The position numbers and the translations under genes were made by a program. Source: Bacillus phage PBS1. From it: a stretch of DNA of 32,000 bases. The DNA lies in the sequence record NC_043027.1; one strand, written 5' to 3'. Positions 9,349-16,941 of the stretch are shown here, piece after piece. Under the pieces are notes generated by a model, which ran no database searches, was not told the origin of the DNA, and worked only from the letters and a program-made list of their open reading frames with translations. Numbering within the stretch: position 1 is the stretch's first letter; each line of letters opens with the position of its first letter.

Positions 9349-10584
9349 ATGATTAAAATTGAAGAAAGATTAAAACAGTATAAAATTAACATTAGAAATA
9401 ATCAACTTTATTTGAGTGAAGATAGTGCTAAATATATTTTAGATAGAAAATTATTAGATTATTATAATTATATATTAAATGAATCTAATAAAAGTGAATA
9501 TTTATTTAAATATAGTCTTACTGCCCGTGGAATAAGAATTGATAATAATAATAATAAAATAATTGTTGAACCTAATCTCATGGTATATCAGAAACATTGG
9601 GGTTGGACAAATCCACCTGAAATTAATACAATAATTAAAGTACTCATTATAAGTGAATTAATAAATAAATTGATGGATGAAGGTTATGAAGTATTTTTAG
9701 GTAATAATACATCAAAGGAAAGAAATCTTGAATTATTTAGGTGGATGCAAAGTCAATATAATAAAATGCATAAATTACCTGGTATTGATAATTCTTTAAA
9801 TGCTAGAGAAGTATTTAAAGACATATCTGAGTATTTACACATTTCAACTAGAGTGTTAAGTGATAGAATTCTTAGGAATAGTTATACTAGGGAATATGTA
9901 ATTAATGCAAGACCTGCTAAAGCTTTTAAACCACCATATACATTATTTAATATCTGCTCTCATGATTTGGAGCTAGATTCTAAATTGAATAGATTAGATC
10001 TTGACTTATACTATATGCCTTTTATTAAAGATATTGTTAATAATCAATTTGGTATTGCATTAATGAAAGACTATGTTCTTTTAAATAATGATAGAGAGCT
10101 TGAAAATTTTGATAATATAGATAAATATTTTGATGAACTATTACAAGATGCAAAAACAAGATTACCGATAATATCTAATATTGAAATTAAAACTAAATCT
10201 ACAGCAAGTGTATATTTTCAGCTAATTGATATTAAAGATATAAGACAAGTTACAATTATTAAAAGAATAAAATCAAAATATAAAGTAACTTCTAGGAACA
10301 AACATCCATTATCAAAATATAAAACCTTAAAAGGTTCTCAATATTTTAGTGCAAAATTGAGAGAATCACAATTTAAAGCGCTATTATTAATGATAGAATA
10401 TTTTGAAAAACATTGCAATCAAAATGATTTAGCTAGAGCTGAAAAAATATTATCACTTAAAGAAGTCCAAAATTATCTTGGTTATGAACACTATAAGCAT
10501 TTATATGAAGATAATCCAAAATTTAAAGATAGTTTTAAGAGGATAAAAGACTTAGAAGCTATTGAATTATTAGAGAATCTATAA
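9349..10584 (+). CDS. Tandem paralog family A, member; unknown function
   Basis: RLDLDLYYMPFIKDIVNNQFGIALMKDYVLLNND, YFSAKLRESQFKALLLMIEYFE, C-terminus DNPKFKDSFKRIKDLEAIELLENL. ORF track start 9334; GAGGGGG favours ATG at 9349. Confidence 0.82.
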   Translation: MIKIEERLKQYKINIRNNQLYLSEDSAKYILDRKLLDYYNYILNESNKSEYLFKYSLTARGIRIDNNNNKIIVEPNLMVYQKHWGWTNPPEINTIIKVLIISELINKLMDEGYEVFLGNNTSKERNLELFRWMQSQYNKMHKLPGIDNSLNAREVFKDISEYLHISTRVLSDRILRNSYTREYVINARPAKAFKPPYTLFNICSHDLELDSKLNRLDLDLYYMPFIKDIVNNQFGIALMKDYVLLNNDRELENFDNIDKYFDELLQDAKTRLPIISNIEIKTKSTASVYFQLIDIKDIRQVTIIKRIKSKYKVTSRNKHPLSKYKTLKGSQYFSAKLRESQFKALLLMIEYFEKHCNQNDLARAEKILSLKEVQNYLGYEHYKHLYEDNPKFKDSFKRIKDLEAIELLENL

Positions 10585-10598
10585 CTGGGGGATTTTAA

Positions 10599-11744
10599 AT
10601 GTCTGAATTTAATTTAATGGAAAATGTGATTGAAGTAATAGAGGTTCCAAGTGGTAGTAAATCTGGTTTATTCCCAAGAAAGAGAGAATCTGGTTTTGAT
10701 AAAATATTAAGGCAAGAAATTGTACCAGCTCAAAAGAATCATCTTGATACAATTATAAAACGAATGAAAGCAATAGGCTATGATAAAATTGCTGTACTTA
10801 ACACAAATATTCAATTTTATTGGGAGATAACTACAGTCGAATATCCTTTTAATAATGATAATCAGCTACATATAACATTAGTTAATAAAGAAAATACTAT
10901 TGAATATTTAAGTTTAGTAAATCTTAAATCTGGTTTTTTCTCAGATAGAAAATTTAATAACCTAACAAAGAGACTCCAAGATTCGGGAGAAGATATTGGA
11001 AAGATTATGAGAGCATATATAGAATATAATTTACCATATTACTTTTCGAGAAATTATGAAAAATATGAAAAGGAGAATGAAGAAATGAAAAAAGAAAATA
11101 TTGAAACTAATGATAAGATTAATAATAAAGAGGTAAATATTCTTCTAGCCCCATTGGTAAAAGATTTCTTAGGAACAATTGGTAGTATTGCAATATTAAG
11201 AAATTTTAGTGAGTATTATGAAGACAAGTATATTGAGGATAAAAATAAAGTTGATAAGTATTTTAATGAATTAATTGATGATGTAAAAACGTTATTAAAA
11301 ACTAAAAATGATATCACATTAATTGATCCTAATCCAAAAAATAATAAGTATATTAATCTTGTTAAAATTATGAAAGGAGAAGAATTAGTATTTAAGAATA
11401 TTAAAAGAAGCCTATCAATTAATAGAAATAGTAAACATCCTTTATTAAGAAGTGAGCTTGAACCACTCCATTCAGAGTATTTTGAAGGAAAATACAGAGA
11501 GTATATTTTTAGAACAATGCTTGTATTAATTGAATTCTTTGAGAATAGTTTCAAGGAAAATCCAATGGCAACTAAACATTCTGAATTTCTTAACAATATT
11601 GAAAAAGCTTTATCTAAAGACGAAATAAAAGAATATGTTGGTTATGATTTGTTTAAGTCTGATTATGAGAATAATCCTATCTTTGAAGAAAGCTTAAAGC
11701 GTGTTAAAGAACATTCAGCTGTTGATATATTAGAATCCCTATAA
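10599..11744 (+). CDS. Tandem paralog family A, member; unknown function
   Basis: NILLAPLVKDFLGTIGSIAILRNFSEYYED, YFEGKYREYIFRTMLVLIEFFE, C-terminus NNPIFEESLKRVKEHSAVDILESL. Confidence 0.82.
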   Translation: MSEFNLMENVIEVIEVPSGSKSGLFPRKRESGFDKILRQEIVPAQKNHLDTIIKRMKAIGYDKIAVLNTNIQFYWEITTVEYPFNNDNQLHITLVNKENTIEYLSLVNLKSGFFSDRKFNNLTKRLQDSGEDIGKIMRAYIEYNLPYYFSRNYEKYEKENEEMKKENIETNDKINNKEVNILLAPLVKDFLGTIGSIAILRNFSEYYEDKYIEDKNKVDKYFNELIDDVKTLLKTKNDITLIDPNPKNNKYINLVKIMKGEELVFKNIKRSLSINRNSKHPLLRSELEPLHSEYFEGKYREYIFRTMLVLIEFFENSFKENPMATKHSEFLNNIEKALSKDEIKEYVGYDLFKSDYENNPIFEESLKRVKEHSAVDILESL

Positions 11745-11854
11745 TAAATTCCTCTAAATCTGACAATACTATAGTTTACTATGCCATGGCATTGTCATTA
11801 CAAAATCTAAGAATTAACAACATGAAGATGACATCACTTAAGGAGGAATTTATC

Positions 11855-12304
11855 ATGAAGAAAAGATGTAATAATATTCATTGTATTGATAATAGTATTA
11901 CAGAAACTGATTTACAAAAATGTTGGTATTGTAATTCTGATCTAACTATAGTTGGTAAACCTATTGATCTAGATATTGGTCAGAAAATTTATGTTAACGA
12001 GCAGAATCATTTCTTAGGGGTATCAGAGGGCAATTTAATCGAATGTGAAATTACTAAGATTAATAAATCTGCATTTTATGCTAAAGAAAAAAATAAAGAT
12101 TATGAATATAGATTTAATCGAAAAACTTTTACAGGAAAAGGTATTCATGTAGGAAGTATGTTAATTGCTTATTTAACAGTAGATCAATTTAATAAGGAAA
12201 TGGATTACCAAAAAGAAAGAGATGAATTATTGGTTAAAATTAAAAAAAGGTTAGATGAATTAAATTTAGAAACATTAAAGGATGTAAATAATTTTATTAA
12301 GTAA
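11855..12304 (+). CDS. Hypothetical protein with N-terminal Cys pairs (possible zinc ribbon)
   Basis: MKKRCNNIHCIDNSITETDLQKCWYCNSDLTIVGKP. AAGGAGG RBS supports start at 11855 rather than 11786. Confidence 0.7.
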   Translation: MKKRCNNIHCIDNSITETDLQKCWYCNSDLTIVGKPIDLDIGQKIYVNEQNHFLGVSEGNLIECEITKINKSAFYAKEKNKDYEYRFNRKTFTGKGIHVGSMLIAYLTVDQFNKEMDYQKERDELLVKIKKRLDELNLETLKDVNNFIK

Positions 12305-12321
12305 AAAGGAGATATATTTGA

Positions 12322-12732
12322 ATGAGTATTAAAGAATCATATGAAGGAACAGTAAAGAGAAAAGTAGTATTAACAAAAACAATGTCAGATATTCTTCAAG
12401 AACAATTAAGATATGCGTTTAGTAAGTATAATGGCGGTACAGAAATGCAAATATCTCGTCTAATTAATATCAGACTAAATATAATGACTATGAGTAATGT
12501 AGACGAAGCATTCAATAATCATTTTACACCTTTATTAGATTTACCAGTACATGATTATATCAGTTGCCTTATTAATGGATATGAAGTTTCTTATTCTCCT
12601 GAAGAAAGATTAATTGAGAAGCTTAAACAGGAAAAAGTAGACTGTGAAACAGATGCAGAGAAGGAATCATTTGATATTGCAATTGAACATGTACAAGAAA
12701 TATTTAAAATGTCTCCCTTATATAAGGTTTAA
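12322..12732 (+). CDS. Hypothetical protein
   Basis: 136-aa ORF, AAAAGGAG RBS. Confidence 0.65.
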   Translation: MSIKESYEGTVKRKVVLTKTMSDILQEQLRYAFSKYNGGTEMQISRLINIRLNIMTMSNVDEAFNNHFTPLLDLPVHDYISCLINGYEVSYSPEERLIEKLKQEKVDCETDAEKESFDIAIEHVQEIFKMSPLYKV

Positions 12733-12745
12733 AAAGAAAAATAAA

Positions 12746-12768
12746 TAGATATTATAATAATGAGAAAA
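12746..12768 (+). promoter_or_regulatory. Putative phage promoter motif, degenerate copy
   Basis: TAGATATTATAATAATGAGAAAA; motif start lies 47 nt upstream of the ATG at 12793, the same distance as 19993 to 20040. Confidence 0.3.
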
Positions 12769-12792
12769 TAGATATTAAGGGAGAGAGAAACA

Positions 12793-13308
12793 ATGACAAT
12801 GACAAAACCACTTAAAGAGAAAACACTAAGTAATATGCTAGGAAAACTTTTCAATGAAGAATTTGAACTTACTAAAGAGCAACATGCATTATATGAAAGA
12901 CTTAAAGAGATTGAAGCACGTAAAGAAGAGATTTTAAATGAGAGAGATATCCTTCAAGGATTAGGGGAAAAAGAAGATTTAGACTTTGTTAGTGTGGATA
13001 CTGAAACTACCACTACAACTAGAGTTACATTTGATAGAGATGAGAAAATTCAATCAGTTGAGATTAAAGAAGAAAAGAAAGAAAAACGTACTAGAATGTC
13101 TCAATCTGAGAAAATGAAAGCTATTGATACATTAAAAGAGATTATGGAACAATATGGTCGCCCTATGAAGCTAAGTGATATTATTGAAGAATTAGCTAAC
13201 CATGGTTATGAATGGAATAAAGTACAATCTGCACGTAAGTTCATTACAGATTCAGGTATTTTAGATTCACCTTGTCGTGGTATGTATCAATTAATTAGAA
13301 AATTTTAA
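12793..13308 (+). CDS. Protein with C-terminal winged-helix (HARE-HTH-like) domain
   Basis: QSEKMKAIDTLKEIMEQYGRPMKLSDIIEELANHGYEWNKVQSARKFITDSGILDSPCRGMYQLI. Confidence 0.65.
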   Translation: MTMTKPLKEKTLSNMLGKLFNEEFELTKEQHALYERLKEIEARKEEILNERDILQGLGEKEDLDFVSVDTETTTTTRVTFDRDEKIQSVEIKEEKKEKRTRMSQSEKMKAIDTLKEIMEQYGRPMKLSDIIEELANHGYEWNKVQSARKFITDSGILDSPCRGMYQLIRKF

Positions 13309-13338
13309 TAAGAGATTAATTATTTGGGAATAAAAATC

Positions 13339-13374
13339 AATCAACCATTATTAGATTCAATAATGGTTGATTAA
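13339..13374 (+). terminator. Terminator-like hairpin
   Basis: AATCAACCATTA / TAATGGTTGATT stem shortly after the 13308 stop. No strong T-tract. Confidence 0.55.
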
Positions 13375-13465
13375 AATGGATAAAGATTTGTTAAAAACAT
13401 GTTTAGATAAAATTGAACGTCAAAAAAGGGAGTTAATAGCTGAAAATGCAATGATGCAAACTATG

Positions 13466-13497
13466 TAAGTAGTAGAAGACTAGTCTTCTACTACTTA
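13466..13497. repeat. 32-nt perfect palindrome
   Basis: TAAGTAGTAGAAGACT|AGTCTTCTACTACTTA. Confidence 0.75.
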
Positions 13498-13538
13498 TAC
13501 CAACAATAAAAACTAAAATTTTTTATAGGGTGATAATT

Positions 13539-14444
13539 ATGCTAATGACAAAATCTTTTAAAAATATACACCTAATTAAATGGGATATCCATACAGTTCT
13601 TAAAACACATGATAAAATATTAGATATACTATCAAATAGAGTAAATAATCAGAAAGTACACATTGAAACAATTTATACTGAATCTGGAATCCAAGTAGTA
13701 CAAAAATTAACTAATGATACATATAATATATCCAAAAACAGTCTCCCTCTTTTATCTGATAGAGAAGCCAAGTTTAGTAAAGATGCAATGGATATGATAG
13801 TAAATAATTTTATGAATAGTTATAATTTAAAAACTCAAGATGAATATAATAAATATAAAGAAATACTTTTAAATAATGGGAATAATGAAGTTACAGTTGT
13901 TATAGATACATCTAATATTGTGTTACAGACAAATCACATTTCTGATGAAGAAATAGATCGTGCTAAAAAACATCTAATTTCTAATCATGATTTTTATGAA
14001 TCTAAAAAATTATGTGATGTGTGTGGTAAAAGATCTAATAATATATCTGATAAAAATAGATTCGGTATAGGTAAAAGTTATTATTATTGTGATGATCATA
14101 GAGTTAAAGAATTATATAGGAATAAAAGTATAATAAATAACCAAATTTTATCATATAATGGAAAAAATAAAATTAATCTTGGATCTAAACCTACCTGTGA
14201 TGTATGTAAAGGAAGTTTATTCACATCTATATACACTGATCAATTTTATTTATTATATGATGATACAAAAGTATGCAATAATTGCGTCATTCATGGCTAT
14301 ATAGAAAAAAATTTATTAAATCAGCATGGACATAGATGTGAAAACTGTCGTGGACAAGGATATATTAGGGATTACAAACTCTATAAAGTAGATTGTGCTT
14401 ATTGTCAAGGAACAGGTTGGATTAAGAAGGAGAACAGTAAATGA
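13539..14444 (+). CDS. Tandem paralog family B, member 1; C-terminal DnaJ-type Cys-rich zinc motifs
   Basis: HLIKWDIHTVLK N-terminus; CDVCGKRS, CDVCKG, CNNC, CENCRGQGYIRDYKLYKVDCAYCQGTGWIKKE. Confidence 0.75.
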   Translation: MLMTKSFKNIHLIKWDIHTVLKTHDKILDILSNRVNNQKVHIETIYTESGIQVVQKLTNDTYNISKNSLPLLSDREAKFSKDAMDMIVNNFMNSYNLKTQDEYNKYKEILLNNGNNEVTVVIDTSNIVLQTNHISDEEIDRAKKHLISNHDFYESKKLCDVCGKRSNNISDKNRFGIGKSYYYCDDHRVKELYRNKSIINNQILSYNGKNKINLGSKPTCDVCKGSLFTSIYTDQFYLLYDDTKVCNNCVIHGYIEKNLLNQHGHRCENCRGQGYIRDYKLYKVDCAYCQGTGWIKKENSK

Positions 14445-15343
14445 GGGATTTACATTTAATTGAATGGTCATTAGCAGGAATGATTAGATTTGAGGATTCA
14501 TGTCTTCCTCATTTCGATAAAACTTATGAAATTATTTTTACTGATGGTTATGTAGAATTAGTTTATAAACGAAAAAATAATTTTATTACATTTAAAATAC
14601 CTGTCGGAATTAAATATGGGAAACCTTATCTTTCTAATGAATTAAAAAAAGAAATACAAGAAAGAACTATTACTTATTATTATAAGTATGTTAATTGTCT
14701 AAAAAGAGATGAATATTTAGATTATAGGAATAAATATCTACAAAATAAAAATAACAAAGTAGCTATTTTAAGAGATTCTAAAAAGTTAAAAGTATATGCT
14801 AATTACGAAATATCTGAAAAAGAATTCCTAGATATTAGGCGAGAAAGAGTGAAGATTAAGGATTTTCTCGAAGAGAATATATGCGAGATCTGTGGTTCAA
14901 GAAACTCATTAACTAGATTCAATAGACACAATTTATGCACTAAACACTCAATACAAGTTGAATTTAAAGAATATCATAGTTTAGAAGATTTAATTAAGGA
15001 AAATAATAAATTAAAATGCCATTGCTGTAATGAAGATATTTTAAAAACTGATCTTTATACGAAACAAGATAAAGAAGCGAAAGAAAATATCGCATCGCCA
15101 ATATTCACTATATTTCATAATACGGATCCACTGGATAAAGATTTATACTATTGTGATCAATGTAAAAGAAAGTTTAATGATAAAATAGTTGAAAATATTG
15201 TTAAACGATCAGAAATATGTAAATGTAAGGAGTGTAATGGAAAAGGTTACGAAAGAAATTATTATATAGAAAAAGAATTCTGTGAAAAATGCAATGGTAA
15301 AGGATGGGTTAAGAAGAAGGGAGTAAATAATGAAGTACAATAA
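14441..15343 (+). CDS. Tandem paralog family B, member 2; C-terminal DnaJ-type Cys-rich zinc motifs
   Basis: HLIEWSLAGMIRFED; CEICGSRN, CHCCNE, CDQCK, CKCKECNGKGYERNYYIEKEFCEKCNGKGWVKKK. Confidence 0.75.
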   Translation: MRDLHLIEWSLAGMIRFEDSCLPHFDKTYEIIFTDGYVELVYKRKNNFITFKIPVGIKYGKPYLSNELKKEIQERTITYYYKYVNCLKRDEYLDYRNKYLQNKNNKVAILRDSKKLKVYANYEISEKEFLDIRRERVKIKDFLEENICEICGSRNSLTRFNRHNLCTKHSIQVEFKEYHSLEDLIKENNKLKCHCCNEDILKTDLYTKQDKEAKENIASPIFTIFHNTDPLDKDLYYCDQCKRKFNDKIVENIVKRSEICKCKECNGKGYERNYYIEKEFCEKCNGKGWVKKKGVNNEVQ

Positions 15344-15776
15344 TACATTAGATAGATTAAGGCATTTAATTAATTGGGATTTTGAAGATGTTATGAAATT
15401 TGATTCAAAAATACCAAAGAGTATTAAATATAATCATCAAGTCACTGACTTAATAATTCTGTATGAAGTAATTCTAGCAGAAGAGTATATTGAGTTTATC
15501 TATAAAACCAATGATAAATTTAGATTATCAAAAATTATTCCACCTATTAAGAATAATAAAATAAAATATACAGAGGATTTCTATGATAGAATGTTAGCAT
15601 GTACTCATCCTTTTTATACTGTTCCTAATACTAAAATATTGATCAAAGATGAATATGATAAATATAGATTAGAACTTATGAATAATTTAAAAAATAAAGT
15701 TATATTATTATCATATAACTCAGAAAGGATGAAAGTATATACAAATTATAAACTATCAGGATTGGAGGAGATTTAA
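15330..15776 (+). CDS. Tandem paralog family B, member 3; lacks the Cys-rich tail
   Basis: HLINWDFEDVMKFDS; MLACTHPFY..., RMKVYTNYKLSGLEEI parallels KLKVYANYEISEKEF in member 2. Confidence 0.65.
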   Translation: MKYNNTLDRLRHLINWDFEDVMKFDSKIPKSIKYNHQVTDLIILYEVILAEEYIEFIYKTNDKFRLSKIIPPIKNNKIKYTEDFYDRMLACTHPFYTVPNTKILIKDEYDKYRLELMNNLKNKVILLSYNSERMKVYTNYKLSGLEEI

Positions 15777-15914
15777 GATCAGTTAGAAAAATATATAGTT
15801 ATAATGAAATATAATATCTTAAAACGAATAGATGATGATAAATTAATCATTAGTTATGATATTACACAACTAATGATTAGTGAGAATAATCATATTTAAA
15901 AATACATGTAAAGG

Positions 15915-16133
15915 ATGATGAAAATGGCAATTATTAAGAAAGATTATGAAACTATTCAAACTGAAAATGCTACAGAATATTATGATGAGGTTTTAAAGGA
16001 ACGTGCTATTCCAGATCCTCGTGATGGATTAAAACCTATTCACCGTAGAATTCTATGGGGTATGCATGTACATAAATGGGAATCAAATAAACCGCATGTT
16101 AAGTCAGCAAAAATTACGGGGAGCATTATTGGT
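15915..16133 (+). CDS. gyrA: Exon 1 of GyrA/ParC-like type II topoisomerase subunit
   Basis: KERAIPDPRDGLKPIHRRILWGMHVHKWESNKPHVKSAKITGSIIG; conserved GyrA N-terminal region ending at the start of the GKYHPHG motif. Confidence 0.9.
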
Positions 16134-16487
16134 AAACAGTAGTTTCATTGCCTATCAATTATGATAGAGTATATAACTTAGCAATGAAATTCTTGCCGTC
16201 TTAAGTGGTAACATTTAAGATTATTAATGGGGGATTAAGCTGGGAGGGTTTAGTTATCCTGATCAGAGTCCGAAGGATAAATGTAATAATTTATTCAGGC
16301 GCAACGCATAGATTACTGAAACTTCACAAGATGAAGAATATAATGTATCCACGAGACCCCATTAACCGTCTATTGTGAAATACATGGTTAAAAAGATATG
16401 CTATGCTGAGTTGGAAATGACCAACTGATGAAAATGAGGGAAACCTCCAGAGCATAGGATAAAAAGCCTATGGTTAATAACTAACAG
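16134..16487 (+). ncRNA. Group I self-splicing intron 1 (probably subgroup IA), no ORF
   Basis: Interrupts the protein between IIG and (E)YHPHG. 5' exon ends in U and intron ends in G. IGS GCCUAU (16150-16155) pairs with exon AUUGGU. P3 UUAAUGGGG/CCCCAUUAA (16224-16232/16357-16365); P7 GCAUA/UAUGC (16306-16310/16397-16401) next to AAGAUAUGC; P9-like GUUGG-AAAUGA-CCAAC. Confidence 0.85.
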
Positions 16488-16583
16488 GAATATCATCCCC
16501 ACGGAAATGCAAGCGTATATGAAGCACTAGTAAAAATGTATCAACCTTGGTATGTCAATAAAAGCCTTATTGATGCTCATGGT
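16488..16583 (+). CDS. gyrA: Exon 2 (32 codons) of GyrA/ParC-like gene
   Basis: EYHPHGNASVYEALVKMYQPWYVNKSLIDAHG, matching GyrA KYHPHGDSAVYEAMVRMAQ......LVDGHG. Confidence 0.88.
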
Positions 16584-16941
16584 AAGTAAAATCCTTTAAT
16601 ATTATATGAATACCGTCATATAATAGATTAGGCTCGTTAAAGGATATGCCGTTTTGTATGGTAACATACATCATTATTACTGGGGGATTAAGCTGGAAGG
16701 GTATAGCCTATCCTGATCAGAGTCCGAAGGATGGATGTAATAGTCCATTCAGGCGCAACGCATAGATTGCTGAAACTTCACAAGATGAAGAATATAATGT
16801 ATCCAAGAGACCCCAGTATCCATCTATTGTGAAATACATGGATAAAAAGATATGCTATACTGGATTGGAAATGACCAATCGATGAAAATGAGGGAAACCT
16901 CCAGAGCATAGGATAAAAAGCCTATGGTTAATAACTATTAG
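16584..16941 (+). ncRNA. Group I self-splicing intron 2 (probably subgroup IA), no ORF
   Basis: Interrupts between DAHG and NFGSVYGD. 5' exon ...AUGGU pairs with IGS GCCGU (16648-16652). P3 UACUGGGG/CCCCAGUA (16678-16685/16811-16818). The 3' 260 nt is highly similar to intron 1. Ends ...ATTAG. Confidence 0.85.

Noticed and set aside
11216-11596. Minus-strand 126-aa ORF
   Set aside because: Antisense within family A gene 10599-11744, with antisense-like composition.
13539-15343. Annotation of the Cys-rich ORFs as DnaJ chaperones
   Set aside because: Only CxxCxGxG-like zinc repeats are present; there is no HPD-containing J domain and no G/F region.
16134-16941. IStron or group II intron explanation for the gyrA interruptions
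   Set aside because: No TnpB, reverse transcriptase or HNH ORF in either interval, and no group II domain V or GUGYG 5' end. Exon U/terminal G, IGS pairing and P3/P7 fit group I.
16134-16941. Two split inteins or a pseudogenised gyrA
   Set aside because: The intervals contain stops in the exon frame and no intein motifs. Exon boundaries restore the conserved protein precisely, and the flanking coding sequence is intact.
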